Shown here: positions 18,218 through 28,396 of the stretch, piece after piece
Position numbering within the stretch: position 1 is the stretch's first letter
How the letters are laid out: the number at the start of each line of letters is the position of its first letter
Assembly: GCA_963748825.1 (NCBI GenBank)
Contig: CAVVKN010000006.1
Span: 96,001 to 160,000, forward strand
DNA length: 64,000 nt
DNA from: Methanotrichaceae archaeon
Lineage (GTDB): Archaea; Halobacteriota; Methanosarcinia; Methanotrichales; Methanotrichaceae
Direction of reading: 5' to 3'
Notes under the pieces: generated by a model
What the model saw: the letters and a program-made list of their open reading frames with translations, nothing else
Databases searched by the model: none
Told to the model about the DNA's origin: nothing
Made by a program: the position numbers and the translations under genes

Positions 18218-18315
18218 GTTCTATGACATTATAAAAAGTTCTAAGTAAAATGCCATAGAACTATCTCCCATTCACCGAACCACCGCAAGCGAGTGCAAGA
18301 AGGCCCTGCTGAGGA
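18218..18315 (+). pseudogene. Palindromic operator plus decayed 5' end of a 3411-family gene
   Basis: GTTCTATGACAT-N20-ATGCCATAGAAC followed by ATT CAC CGA ACC (cf. ATG CAC CGT ACC). Confidence 0.65.
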
Positions 18316-18613
18316 TTTGCCAGTGCGCATCTCCACAGGCCCCACTATCAATTTTAAGCCACGATCTCAGCCCAAAAGATAATAGGACCCCTATAAGATC
18401 ACAAAGATCAAACTATCGTAGCCATAGAATATGATCTTAAGGGTGCTGTAAGGGAATAGAAGGGAGGGAGAGCCAACAAGTCACAGAAAAGGTAGGAGGG
18501 AACATGCTCTTATCGACTCTCACCAATATTCATGTAGACATGTAACGAAATAAACGAGTTTGGATTATGTGAGGGCTATGTAACCTAAAGATGAATCTAG
18601 GAGCTTGGGTAGG

Positions 18614-18853
18614 CTAATCGAATCTCCGCCTCACAGCTGCCCCTCCCAGGCAGAACGTCGCCGGCCACCGCCCCACCTCGCGCGCCTCGTGCCCGCTCTC
18701 CTCCAGCCTCCTCTTTATCATCTCCTCCACCTCGCCGGGCCGGGTGTGGAAGACCTCTGCCAGGATCTCCTTGGCGGTCTGCAGCTCGATGACCCTGCTT
18801 ACCATCGGCCTGGGCTCGATTGGCCTGGCCTGCCGTCTCCAGGGCCACCTCAT
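18614..18853 (-). CDS. Paralog of the 72-aa PolB2-operon protein (79 aa)
   Basis: MRWPWRRQARPIEPR...AKEILAEVFHTRPGEVEEMIKRRLEESG...RWPATFCLG. Confidence 0.65.
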   Translation of the reverse strand: MRWPWRRQARPIEPRPMVSRVIELQTAKEILAEVFHTRPGEVEEMIKRRLEESGHEAREVGRWPATFCLGGAAVRRRFD

Positions 18854-19150
18854 GAGTATGCCTCCAGCGTCCTCTGCGCTCCCGGCATCCTCGCCTCGGC
18901 CTTCCTGACTTTGGCCGGAGCCTGCTCGCCGTAGATGCAGAACACCAGGGTCGGCCAGCTCGGTCAGCTTCTGCAGGTGGGGGTCCAGCACCGGCGCGTA
19001 GAGCAGGATGGTGGCCTCCCTGGAGGTCTGCCTGAAGGCCTGGGCCAGGTACTCGACCATTCTCCGCCGGCATCCTCGTAGAGCAGGGGGTCGTGCTCCA
19101 CGATCGGGAAGCTGTGGTGGTTCTCCTGTAGGAATGGTCATGAGCTGGTA
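18850..19150 (-). pseudogene. Decayed 3' half of a RadA-like PolB2-operon gene
   Basis: Frameshifted QLMTI...EHDPLLYEDA...EATILLYAP...QRTLEAYS. Confidence 0.8.
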
Positions 19151-19277
19151 GACTGAGGGAGAACATGTAAAAGTATTTATTTATGTAAGATGACTAGAAC
19201 AAGCAAAGATACAGGACCAGGATGAATTTATAGAAAATTCGGCACACTACCTGGATGATTAACGATGGAGGGGTTTT

Positions 19278-20972
19278 GTGAAACCATTATGTTTAGTCTT
19301 TTTAATAGGCATGCTGATTTTATCTTCATCAGGATGCTCAAAAAGTATCGACAAAAATCAAAGTCAGCTCGAAGGATACCCGATTGCTTCCGATGTTTTT
19401 ACGACGCTCCAGATGACGGTCGTGCCTGACTTAATACCTTCGGGTTCGGAGACGGTTCTTCCTTATGAGATTTCAAAATACAAGCAAAACGGCTATGCTA
19501 ACTGGAGTTATGGACCCGGCATCGATTCTGTAAAGCGGCTCGACATTATGCCGACTAATTATAGTGGTGCATCAGCCACTAATTCTACAAGACTTTTGAG
19601 TTTCTTTGCCATAACCGACATCCATATCACCGACAAAGAATCTCCTGCTCAAGCGATCTACGAGGGCTACAAAGGCGGTTCTTCTTCGGCATATTCACCG
19701 GTCATGCTGTATACAACTCAGGTTCTCAACGCAGCCGTCCAGACGATAAACGCCATTCACAAACAAAATCCTTTTGATTTCGGTATATCTCTGGGCGATA
19801 CATGCAACAGCATTCAGTACAACGAACTAAGATGGTATATCGATGTCCTTGACGGCAAGAATATAAATCCTGATTCCGGTGCCAAGGATGATCCAATCCC
19901 GGGACCTTATAACGATTATCAGGACGAATACAAGGCAGCAGGGCTTAATAAGACGATCAATTGGTATCAGACTCTCGGCAACCACGATCATTTCTGGATG
20001 GGCTTTTTGCCGCCCAATGATTATCTCCGACAGAATGTAACCGGTAAAGATATACTCAACCTAGGTAATCCGTTCATCGACCCTCTCGGCCTGGATAGTC
20101 GAGGCTTTTACATGGGCTCAATAGACGGCCGGTCGCCTTACGGTGACATTATTGGTATTGGGCCTGCCAAAGACTTCACAATACCTCCGAAGGTACTTGT
20201 GGCCGATCCGAACCGCCGTTCACTATCGAGAGAAGAGTGGATAAGCGAATTTTTTAATACTTCTTCAAGTCCGAAGGGACATGGATTCAATCAATCTAAC
20301 GTAAAAACGGGATTCGCATGCTATACTTTTGAGCCGAACTCGACGAATTTACCGATCAAGGTTATCGTGCTCGACGATACCCAAAGGAACGATGACCCCA
20401 ACGATCCCGATACGCTCGGCTATGGAAATGGCTCTCTCGGCTATGGGCACGGTTCTCTTGACAGTGAGCGCTATAACTGGCTCGTAAGTGAACTTGATAA
20501 GGGTCAGACTGAAGGTAAGCTTATGATCATCGCTGCGCACATACCTATAGGCGTCGAACCAGCAGGTTCCATGATGGGTTGGAACCCAGCCGCTGAAGCA
20601 GAGCTGATTGCCAAACTGCATACATATCCGAATCTAATCATGTGGATCGCAGGACATCGTCATCTCAATACTGTTACCGCATTTAAATCACCGGATGATG
20701 CCCGTCCTGAACTCGGATTCTGGGAGATTGAAACCTCATCATTAAGGGATTTCCCTCAGCAGTTGCGCACTTTCGAGATTGTCCGCAACAGCGATAATAC
20801 GGTTTCAATCTTTACGACAGACGTTGATCCAGCGGTCAAAGACGGGTCGCTTGCTGCGATATCGCGTTCTTATGCTGTCGCGGCTCAGCAGCTATTCAAC
20901 AATTCGATAGGTCTGCTGCCTACTGGTTCGTACAATGCAGAGCTTGTCAAGCAATTGCCTCCGGAAATATAA
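19278..20972 (+). CDS. Exported metallophosphoesterase (TIGR03768/RPA4764-like)
   Basis: Signal/lipoprotein-like N-terminus; DIH, GD, GNHD, AHIP, GHRH motifs. Confidence 0.88.
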   Translation: MKPLCLVFLIGMLILSSSGCSKSIDKNQSQLEGYPIASDVFTTLQMTVVPDLIPSGSETVLPYEISKYKQNGYANWSYGPGIDSVKRLDIMPTNYSGASATNSTRLLSFFAITDIHITDKESPAQAIYEGYKGGSSSAYSPVMLYTTQVLNAAVQTINAIHKQNPFDFGISLGDTCNSIQYNELRWYIDVLDGKNINPDSGAKDDPIPGPYNDYQDEYKAAGLNKTINWYQTLGNHDHFWMGFLPPNDYLRQNVTGKDILNLGNPFIDPLGLDSRGFYMGSIDGRSPYGDIIGIGPAKDFTIPPKVLVADPNRRSLSREEWISEFFNTSSSPKGHGFNQSNVKTGFACYTFEPNSTNLPIKVIVLDDTQRNDDPNDPDTLGYGNGSLGYGHGSLDSERYNWLVSELDKGQTEGKLMIIAAHIPIGVEPAGSMMGWNPAAEAELIAKLHTYPNLIMWIAGHRHLNTVTAFKSPDDARPELGFWEIETSSLRDFPQQLRTFEIVRNSDNTVSIFTTDVDPAVKDGSLAAISRSYAVAAQQLFNNSIGLLPTGSYNAELVKQLPPEI

Positions 20973-21007
20973 GAAAAATTTAGGTGAGGAACAAGTCAAT
21001 AGGCTGA

Positions 21008-21350
21008 CCACCGCCCGGCCGGGCTCGATCGCTCTCCGCAGCCTCCAGGGCCACCTCATGAGTATGCCTCCAGCGTCCTCTGCGCTCCCGGCATCCTCGC
21101 CTCGGCCTTCCGGGCTTTGGCCGGCTCACTGTAGATGCAGAACACCAGGGTTAGCCAGCTCCATCATCTTCTGCAGGTGAGGGTCCAGCGCCGGCGCGTA
21201 GAGCGGGATGGTCGCCTCCCTGGAGGTCTGATTCAGATCCTGGGCCACGTACGCATCATCTCTCCGGCATCCTCGTAGAGCAACGGGTCATGCCCCACGA
21301 CCAGGAAGCTGTGGTGGTTCTCCTCCTAGATAGTCATGAGCTGGAAGAGG
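21008..21350 (-). pseudogene. Second decayed RadA-like 3' half plus 5' end of the 72-aa gene
   Basis: 69 bp identical to 18837-18905 at 21043-21111; remainder colinear with 18800-19150. Confidence 0.8.
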
Positions 21351-21489
21351 GTGTTGGCGCGGCGCAATGAAAGTGCTGGTATCCAGAAACCATGCGCCTG
21401 TGATCAAACGCACAACTAGAAACAAGTCCTTTAATCCCATTTCAACCGAAAACTGTATTATCTATAACGATCAGATAGATAGATTGCTG

Positions 21490-21805
21490 CGAGATAAGGC
21501 TGTAGCCGATTAAGCTCCGAGAATTGGGCACCTCGCTTAAATGCGAAGTCTTCGGTGAATGCGAGAATCTGTGGTACCTCGATCAGTTCTTATATGAGCG
21601 CGGCAAGAATCGAAATGTGTGCAGGCGAAGCGGGAGCAGGCTCTTCATCTCTGATGACGTGTCCCTGTAAGAAGGGCGCTGTGTCAAAATCCAGTGCTGC
21701 CTCGTCGTTGCCTGTGTGATGGCGCAGGGCGGGCTCAAGGCCGCCACTACGGTGGTTGGTCCCTTTGAGAAGGGCATTGTGGATCGGTGCTTGACTCGCC
21801 TAAAA
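21490..21805 (+). ncRNA. Candidate structured non-coding RNA
   Basis: BRE/TATA-like CGAAAA...TATTATCTATAA at 21447-21467; several G-U-containing hairpins, a cUACGg tetraloop, a repeated 17-mer hairpin and 5'/3' complementarity; no credible ORF. Confidence 0.4.
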
Positions 21806-21846
21806 CATCACTGTATTATCGCACTATTCTTTGGCTCCGAGGTGCG

Positions 21847-22785
21847 CTATTTGAAAACCATGCTCTTCAGCTCTTCTTCGATTGCCTCGTTCATCTCCGG
21901 GCAGTATCCGTGCACTTTGCATCCCACCGTGTGCAATCTCTTCGGCTGCATTCCCCGGGCATAGGTCTGCTCTGCCAACTGGTAAGGTATGATGGTATCA
22001 TTGCGGGAATGAATCATGACCAGCGGTCGAGGTGCGATCCAGCGGAGATAAGTCTCAGGGTCGACGGATCGATAGAATCGGACCATATTCTTATCCACTA
22101 CACCAGCCGAAGCGATGGCAGCATCAGTTCCGTAGCCGCAGGTGCTGATGGCCAAAACGCCCTTGGCAGCAATGTCTAGGGCACAGGCCATGATGGCAAA
22201 GCGGCCTCCATTGCTCTCCCCGGCATAGATGATGCGTTTAGGGTCGATCTCGGGCCGGCTGCGCAGTATCTCGGCTGCGGCCATGGCATCATAAACCATC
22301 TTGTGCTCCGTCGGCTCTTCTCCCCTTAAAAACATCTGCAGATCACCTTGTGCATCGACTCCCCCCAGATTTCTCTGGTCAAGGGTGATGCTGGCAAATC
22401 CCAGATCTGCCAGATGTTTGGCCAGCTTCTGCTCCCGCTCTTTGCTGACGGTGGCTCCGGGCAAGAGCACAATGCCGGGAATGCTTCCATTCTTGCCATC
22501 TGCATCTGGCACGGGGATTCTCAGAAGCGCTGTGATTTTCGCATCACGGCTTTGGAACTGGACTGCAGAAAGGGTGCTGTTGCCGTCATCCTCAGGCGGG
22601 CTCAGATTGTATTGGGGCATGGAGACTTTGTACTCTAAAATTCCCTCATCGGATACTTTCCAGTCCCTGTCGTTTACTGCGGATGTGCTATCCGAAAAAA
22701 AATGCCATCCCAAGAGCAGAGCGATGACTCCAACCAGAACCATCAATCCAGTGCCCTTCCTGCGCTCCAGCATTTTTAAATGCAC
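21847..22785 (-). CDS. Membrane-anchored alpha/beta hydrolase
   Basis: GESNGG nucleophile elbow, HSRNDTII, C-terminal His. Confidence 0.85.
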   Translation of the reverse strand: MHLKMLERRKGTGLMVLVGVIALLLGWHFFSDSTSAVNDRDWKVSDEGILEYKVSMPQYNLSPPEDDGNSTLSAVQFQSRDAKITALLRIPVPDADGKNGSIPGIVLLPGATVSKEREQKLAKHLADLGFASITLDQRNLGGVDAQGDLQMFLRGEEPTEHKMVYDAMAAAEILRSRPEIDPKRIIYAGESNGGRFAIMACALDIAAKGVLAISTCGYGTDAAIASAGVVDKNMVRFYRSVDPETYLRWIAPRPLVMIHSRNDTIIPYQLAEQTYARGMQPKRLHTVGCKVHGYCPEMNEAIEEELKSMVFK

Positions 22786-22789
22786 CTCT

Positions 22790-23098
22790 TCAGATGCTTG
22801 GCTCCCATTGTTGATCTGCCAATTTGGTCAGGCTGCCGTTTTTATTCAATTCATAGCCTATGGGAATTTTTCCCCAGCTCCACAGGCCCGTTGTAGCATC
22901 ATTGGTTGAGTTATTAGTCTGTGTCTGGTTGGTTTGATTCTGGGTGATCGTGGCGTTCTCTGATTGATTGGCTGAACTGCTTGTGAAGTTGGCCAGGATT
23001 GTCATACCGCTTTCCTGGCTGATCTTAATAGGCTCCAGTGACTGAGAGCTGCATGCCAGCGCAAAAAGGATTAGAGCTGAAATTATCAATTTTCTCAT
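22790..23098 (-). CDS. Secreted hypothetical protein (N/Q/T-rich)
   Basis: Signal peptide MRKLIISALIL; LWSWGKIP motif; multiple N-x-T sequons. Confidence 0.7.
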   Translation of the reverse strand: MRKLIISALILFALACSSQSLEPIKISQESGMTILANFTSSSANQSENATITQNQTNQTQTNNSTNDATTGLWSWGKIPIGYELNKNGSLTKLADQQWEPSI

Positions 23099-23353
23099 AC
23101 CATATTCTCCTATTAGCCTTTTCAAACCCTTGTGTCAGCATTCGTAATTTTGCCCGCTCATTCTCGAACTAGGGCGTTTTCTGTTTTAGGCTGATCATTT
23201 CCTATGATAGTATCCTATTTCTATACCTTTCCTTTCTGACTAAAAGAATGATTCGCAGGGTGGTGCAAAAAAAACTGGGCTTAACAGTTTTCGCCAGCCT
23301 GCAGGGTTCTTGAGTTTTCTTTATATTATTTGCGTTCAAAGGAGATCATCGCA

Positions 23354-23644
23354 ATGAAGATTAACGAAAGAGCCCCGGTTATTGCATCTGGTGAGATCGA
23401 GGTCGCAGCCGATGCCAGTATTATTTGGGAGCTGATGTCCTCCATCGACCACTGGCCGGAATGGAATGCAGATGTGTTGTCCGCCTCTTTGCAGGGAGAA
23501 TTGGCTCCCGGATCGAAGTTCATCTGGAGGGCAGGACACACAACAATCACCTCCACAATCTCGCAGGTGGAGTCTCTCTTTGAGATCTTCCTGGAAAAGC
23601 TAAACACAGATCAAATAAGCATCAGGCTTCTCTTTTCCAGATAG
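23354..23644 (+). pseudogene. SRPBCC/polyketide-cyclase family protein, 3'-truncated
   Basis: IEVAADASIIWELMSSIDHWPEWN...GSKFIW; runs into the convergent gene. Confidence 0.65.
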
Positions 23645-24402
23645 GCCTGCAAGGAGTCTCTCACATGGATAATTTCCGGTTCCAAAGAGAGGTCGGCCAG
23701 CAGCCTTTCCAGGTAGCCTCTCTCTTTTACGCAGGCAAGTGTGATGGGAAAGTTGATGTCAAAGATCCAGCTCGAGTACATCAAACGCATGTCGCCCAAG
23801 GTTTTTAATGTGGCAATCCTCACCATCTTTCCCTGCAAAATGTCCGCGACCGCTTCATCAGTTAGCCCCAGCTCATCGGTCTGACCGAAGTCGAGTGCCT
23901 GGTTAGGATTCTGATCTCTTGTCTCAAAATGCTCAGTGACAATTCTCAGTATGTCCAGCTTGTCGGCATCCCTGATCAATTTCGAGAAGAGAGTAACGTC
24001 GGCCTTTTCAGTAACCGGTATCTTGTACTTGTTGTGATGCCAGATGCTCTTTCTAATTATGTTTCTCTCTCTTTTCGGCAGGCAGGAAAGGACCCCTGAT
24101 CTGTTGATAACCTTGAGGCCGAGAAGGGCATGATCCACAGTCAGGCTGTCATTGAAGGAGCCAAAGCCCCGCAGCTGCTCGAATCGGCCCACATCGTGAA
24201 AAAGGGCTAGCGCCTTCGCAAGGGCCACATCCTCTTCCTTCATGCTCAGAGATCTGGCGATTACTGTGATGTTCTCGCAGACTCGGTAGGTATGTCGAAG
24301 CTTGAGAATTATGTTCTGTTCAATTTCTGCATCCTGGCAATGGAAGCGGCTGGTATAATCTTCAAACCATTTGTGGCAGGAAAAAAGGTGTTTTCTATCC
24401 AT
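23611..24402 (-). CDS. HD-domain phosphohydrolase
   Basis: HTYRV...ALFHDVGRFEQ...DHA...HH...IRDADKLDI. Confidence 0.9.
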   Translation of the reverse strand: MDRKHLFSCHKWFEDYTSRFHCQDAEIEQNIILKLRHTYRVCENITVIARSLSMKEEDVALAKALALFHDVGRFEQLRGFGSFNDSLTVDHALLGLKVINRSGVLSCLPKRERNIIRKSIWHHNKYKIPVTEKADVTLFSKLIRDADKLDILRIVTEHFETRDQNPNQALDFGQTDELGLTDEAVADILQGKMVRIATLKTLGDMRLMYSSWIFDINFPITLACVKERGYLERLLADLSLEPEIIHVRDSLQAYLEKRSLMLI

Positions 24403-24403
24403 G

Positions 24404-24739
24404 TCAGGCTTTTAGGCACGAATCGTTCTTGAACGCGAATTTCATATCCGAGCTGTCCACTTGCCATGCTCCCATACTCTCGTCCTTTAGAAAGCCCATG
24501 GAAAGCCATAGCCCTCCCGGAAATGTACTCTCTCCTGGGTGCTCTTCATTGAACAGGCAGAAGAGATCATAGATGGCATGCCATCCCTCTGCTCCCATGT
24601 GCGGCCTGCCCTCCAGAACATATTCCACCTCATCCCAGTTGGGGACGACGATTTTTAAGAGAGCAATGAGTACATCGCATTCATTCTGGCAGGAGGAGAA
24701 GACGGCTCTTACCTGTTCTTCGCTTAAGATCGATTTCAT
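24404..24739 (-). CDS. Hypothetical protein
   Basis: 111-aa ORF within an operon-like run. Confidence 0.7.
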   Translation of the reverse strand: MKSILSEEQVRAVFSSCQNECDVLIALLKIVVPNWDEVEYVLEGRPHMGAEGWHAIYDLFCLFNEEHPGESTFPGGLWLSMGFLKDESMGAWQVDSSDMKFAFKNDSCLKA

Positions 24740-24760
24740 AAGAAAATTGAATTTAGGATT

Positions 24761-24979
24761 TCAGTGATGCGCTCCATGCGCATCCCCGTGCGCGCCGTGG
24801 GGCGCGGCATCGGATCCCGCTTTGACAGCCAGGAAATCCTTATCGATATAAGCTTGATGGGCCAGATCCAGGCACTCCTTGCACAGATTGAACATTTCAT
24901 CCTTGGGGCCGTGAATAGTAGCCAAATTGAGCTTGATAGGTACAGTCTCCTTCTCAACAAGACACAGCGCGCACTTCAT
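24761..24979 (-). CDS. Small Zn-binding (2x CxxC) protein with His-rich tail
   Basis: MKCALC...LCKEC...HGAHGDAHGAHH; GGTGA RBS. Confidence 0.6.
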   Translation of the reverse strand: MKCALCLVEKETVPIKLNLATIHGPKDEMFNLCKECLDLAHQAYIDKDFLAVKAGSDAAPHGAHGDAHGAHH

Positions 24980-25014
24980 TTAATTCACCTTGTCTGCTGC
25001 TCTGATTCAAACGG

Positions 25015-25590
25015 TTATAAGCATTTCCTTTCAAGCGTTCCTTTCCACCGGCGGTAAAGATCGTTCTCTACTCCGAGAAGATCGAGCACCCGGCCCACCA
25101 GCACATCCACCAGATCATCCAGGCTCCGGGGCCGGGAGTAGAAGGCAGGGCAGGCCGGCAGGACAACCGCCCCCGCCTCGGCAGCAGCAACCATGTTGCG
25201 CAGCCCTACCAGGCTCAAGGGAGTTTCTCTGGGAACTATTATCAGCCTCCTTTTCTCTTTGAGGCAGACGTCCGCGGCCCGAGTGATGAGGGTGTCCGAG
25301 GAGCCGCAAGCAATTGCCGAGAGCGTTCCCATGCTGCAGGGGATGACAACCATGGCATGGAAGAGATGCGAGCCGCTGGCTATGGGCGCGGCAAAGTCGC
25401 GGGGCGCGTAAACGTGGTCTGCCAGATCCTGCACATCCTTTAGCAGATAATTCGTCTCAATTTCAATGATCTTTGCAGCCGAATCGGTTATTACCAGATG
25501 GGTAATGCAGCCCTTCTCCCGCAGGACTTGCAGGAGACGAATGCCATACGCCGCCCCCGATGCCCCGCTTATACCCACAACGATTTCCAC
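25015..25590 (-). CDS. ubiX: Flavin prenyltransferase UbiX
   Basis: GISGASG, PIASGS, PCSMGTL, RAADVCLKE, RETP, PAFY. Confidence 0.95.
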   Translation of the reverse strand: MEIVVGISGASGAAYGIRLLQVLREKGCITHLVITDSAAKIIEIETNYLLKDVQDLADHVYAPRDFAAPIASGSHLFHAMVVIPCSMGTLSAIACGSSDTLITRAADVCLKEKRRLIIVPRETPLSLVGLRNMVAAAEAGAVVLPACPAFYSRPRSLDDLVDVLVGRVLDLLGVENDLYRRWKGTLERKCL

Positions 25591-25663
25591 ATAGATCTCC
25601 TCATTTATTATCGTATATCAATTTCTGTTCTATTTAATATCAAGCCTCTCTCGCGCAAGGCTC

Positions 25664-26344
25664 TCATCCACTTGCCATCTCCTCCATCCGCAGCCGCAAT
25701 AGAAGCTCACGAAAAGCATTCTCGTCGGGCCTGTCCGGCAAGGGGCTGGCCTCATATGCCTTTTCCAGTTGGCGCATCTTTTCCATGACTTCTTCGGCTC
25801 CAGGGTTATGCAAAACCGGCGCAAAGCAAATCCTGCCCTCCGAGAGGAGCTTTATTCCAAAATTGATCGTCCTCAAAGCCGTCCTGTAGCCTTTGCCCGC
25901 TATTTTGGCCGGCTTTTCTTCGGATTTGATCTGGCTTTCCGCCATCCCTTTTATGGAGTGATATGTCTGCCGGCAGAGGTTGGCCTGCACCAGGGCCGAT
26001 AGCTCCTCCTGGATAGAAGAGGGCTTAATGACGAGCGGGCTTGTGACATACCAGATAGCATTGACGTTTCCCTTGATGAGCTGATTTATGAGGTGGCCGA
26101 TCTCCCAGCCGAGGGTGTCATAAATCTCTCCTCCTCGGGCCGTTATCTCCTGGCGAACCGTGGGCGAAATCCTCTCGCCTCGCAGGAGGGCCCTGGTGGG
26201 TGCGACATAGATCATAACCAGGTCTATATCGCTCTCCTCGTTTTGCATGCCCCACATGTGCGAGCCGACGCAACTGATAAACATGGTTTTCATCCTGTTG
26301 TTGCTTATTTCTGCCAATTCTTGCAGATCAACGCACAGTTTCAT
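25664..26344 (-). CDS. Predicted nucleotidyltransferase (YcgL-like)
   Basis: GSHMWG...SDID...WEIG...KGNVN. Confidence 0.8.
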   Translation of the reverse strand: MKLCVDLQELAEISNNRMKTMFISCVGSHMWGMQNEESDIDLVMIYVAPTRALLRGERISPTVRQEITARGGEIYDTLGWEIGHLINQLIKGNVNAIWYVTSPLVIKPSSIQEELSALVQANLCRQTYHSIKGMAESQIKSEEKPAKIAGKGYRTALRTINFGIKLLSEGRICFAPVLHNPGAEEVMEKMRQLEKAYEASPLPDRPDENAFRELLLRLRMEEMASG

Positions 26345-26370
26345 CTTCTTGCACCAAGCAGAATCATCTG

Positions 26371-27282
26371 CTATTTCTTTAGCCGCTCCATCGTCGCCGC
26401 CACCATCATGGGCAAGGTAATAGTTGCATCGCCGTAAACTGTAACGAATTTCGCGTTTTCCGATATCTTTCCCCAGGAGACTGCCTCGGAGAGGGTGGCA
26501 CCGGATAGACCCCCGTTCTCAGGTGTGTCTGTAGTGAGCTGGATCGCGAGGTCAAAGCTATTAGGGGTGACGAGCATGGACTGCAGAGCGAAGTTCTTGG
26601 GAGCGCCCCCGCCAACTATTACTATTCCTGATCTCTCGCATCCATAGCAGATGTCCACAATCTCCTTGATATCAGCAAAAGCATCTACAGTAAGCTTTTT
26701 TGTCTGGCTGAACATCCAGGCCTGCAGGCCGATCATGGAGTCGGGAAGCGCCGGGCAGAAGACGGGCACTTTCATCTCGTAGGCCGAGCGCAGGATGGAT
26801 CTTTCGTCATTTATTTGACTGCCTAAAATGCTCATCAGCTCTCTTCCGGAAAGAGTCTCCTCTCTATCGGGCATGATTCTTTGCATCAGCTCCTCAAATG
26901 CGGCAAAGTCCTCATCCCTCAGAAATACATCATAAATGCGGCTTTTTCCTTCCGCCCGCAGCGCCGCATCATCAGACTCGGCCTTCCCTAGGCAGTGGCA
27001 GCCGAAGGACTCAATTATGTCATGGACAAGATTGGCTCCTGTGATTACCAGCACATCCACATGGCCTTTTCTGATCAGATCGGAGACGACAATTCTCATG
27101 CCCGCCGGAACCATCGCGCCGGAGAGGGTCAAGAATTTGGTGAAATCTCCAGAAAGCATTTTTTCATAAATAGCCGTAGCTTCTGCCAGTCTTCTGGCTC
27201 CAAAGCCGCAATGGCTCATTCTCTCTACCAGGGCATTTACACTCATCCCCGGCTCGATCTCCAGTTGGTGCACTACATCCAT
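26371..27282 (-). CDS. dys: Deoxyhypusine synthase
   Basis: SGAMVPAG, TGANLVHD, GGGAPKN, GGLSGATLSEAVSWGK, GDATI. Confidence 0.95.
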   Translation of the reverse strand: MDVVHQLEIEPGMSVNALVERMSHCGFGARRLAEATAIYEKMLSGDFTKFLTLSGAMVPAGMRIVVSDLIRKGHVDVLVITGANLVHDIIESFGCHCLGKAESDDAALRAEGKSRIYDVFLRDEDFAAFEELMQRIMPDREETLSGRELMSILGSQINDERSILRSAYEMKVPVFCPALPDSMIGLQAWMFSQTKKLTVDAFADIKEIVDICYGCERSGIVIVGGGAPKNFALQSMLVTPNSFDLAIQLTTDTPENGGLSGATLSEAVSWGKISENAKFVTVYGDATITLPMMVAATMERLKK

Positions 27283-27414
27283 TTAATCACCTTAATGATG
27301 ATAATATTCTTCAGATAGTCCCCGAAAATTGTGATTGAACTTATGCAACGCGAAATTTTTTCTCATAAACCTTTTATACCAGGCCTTATGTTTAGCTTTT
27401 ACGGAGGGTAAACA

Positions 27415-27819
27415 ATGGCCGGCGAACCGATGGCAGTGGTTAATTATATACCACTTATTATATTCTTGATAATGGGAGCTATAGTGCCCATTGCGGCTTT
27501 GGCTGCTATTAAGGTAATAGCGCCCAATAGGCCAAAGCGCCAAAAGCTATCGACATACGAAGGTGGGCTGAAGCCTATCCGCGACGCCAAGATCCAGTAT
27601 AGCGTTCAATATTACCTTTTCGCAATCGTTTTTGTTATATTCGATGTTGAGGTTTTATTCTTATATCCCTGGATCTATGTCTACGCGAATAAGGCAATGC
27701 AGCAGTTCATGATCTTCGGACTCATGAACTACGCCGTCTTCGAGATGCTCCTATTCATCGTTGTACTGCTGGTAGGACTTATCTATGCTATCAAGAAGGA
27801 GGCTTTGCGTTGGGTATAA
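27415..27819 (+). CDS. fpoA: Fpo complex subunit A
   Basis: TYEGG, QYYLFAIVFVIFDVEVLFLYPW. Confidence 0.93.
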   Translation: MAGEPMAVVNYIPLIIFLIMGAIVPIAALAAIKVIAPNRPKRQKLSTYEGGLKPIRDAKIQYSVQYYLFAIVFVIFDVEVLFLYPWIYVYANKAMQQFMIFGLMNYAVFEMLLFIVVLLVGLIYAIKKEALRWV

Positions 27820-28382
27820 GCGATGTCATACCCGTACCCGTAGCAATCGATGAGGAGATTGAGAAGTGGACCGTATTCGGCCGACCTGTGGCTGAGGTCT
27901 GGTTCACAACTACGGAGAAGATCCATCAAATAATCGAGATGGGACCTATTAAGAATATCTTCAACTGGGGCAGAAAAAATTCGGTATACTTTTTGATGCA
28001 GCCCATGGGGTGCTGTGGTGTGGAGATGTTCGTTTTTGGAGCTGCGCCCTATGACAGCGACAGATTTGGGTGCATTCCGAGAAACACACCCCGTCAAACG
28101 GATGTAATGATCATCTCTGGCTACTTAACCAGGAAGTACCTGCCGGTATTTAAGAATCTCTGGGAGCAGATGCCTGAGCCCAAATGGTGCATAGCCATTG
28201 GCGAGTGCGCTATTTCGGGCGGACCTTTCTATGATTCCTATAATATCATCCAAAACACAGGCGATTACTTCCCCATTGATGTCTTCATACCGGGATGTCC
28301 ACCCCGGCCCGAACAGTTCCTTGAGGGCCTCATCAATCTCCAGGAAAAGATCAAGCAACGCAAGGACAAGCGAGACTACTAA
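27810..28382 (+). CDS. fpoB: Fpo complex subunit B
   Basis: GCCGVEM, IGECAISGG, IPGCPPRPE. Confidence 0.95.
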   Translation: MGISDVIPVPVAIDEEIEKWTVFGRPVAEVWFTTTEKIHQIIEMGPIKNIFNWGRKNSVYFLMQPMGCCGVEMFVFGAAPYDSDRFGCIPRNTPRQTDVMIISGYLTRKYLPVFKNLWEQMPEPKWCIAIGECAISGGPFYDSYNIIQNTGDYFPIDVFIPGCPPRPEQFLEGLINLQEKIKQRKDKRDY

Positions 28383-28396
28383 GGAGGGATCTTTTC

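Noticed and set aside
21392-21415. Group II intron 5' end (ATGCGCCTG...)
   Set aside because: Not GTGCG, and no domain V/VI or RT gene was seen.
21621-21641. SRP RNA helix 8-like CAGG...GGGAGCAG
   Set aside because: Lacks the paired CC-GNRA-GG tip and has the wrong spacing; not called as SRP RNA.
21611-21690. Hammerhead ribozyme (CTGATGA plus GAAA)
   Set aside because: Stems I and II cannot be formed in any permutation, and the conserved G-C pair closing stem II is absent.
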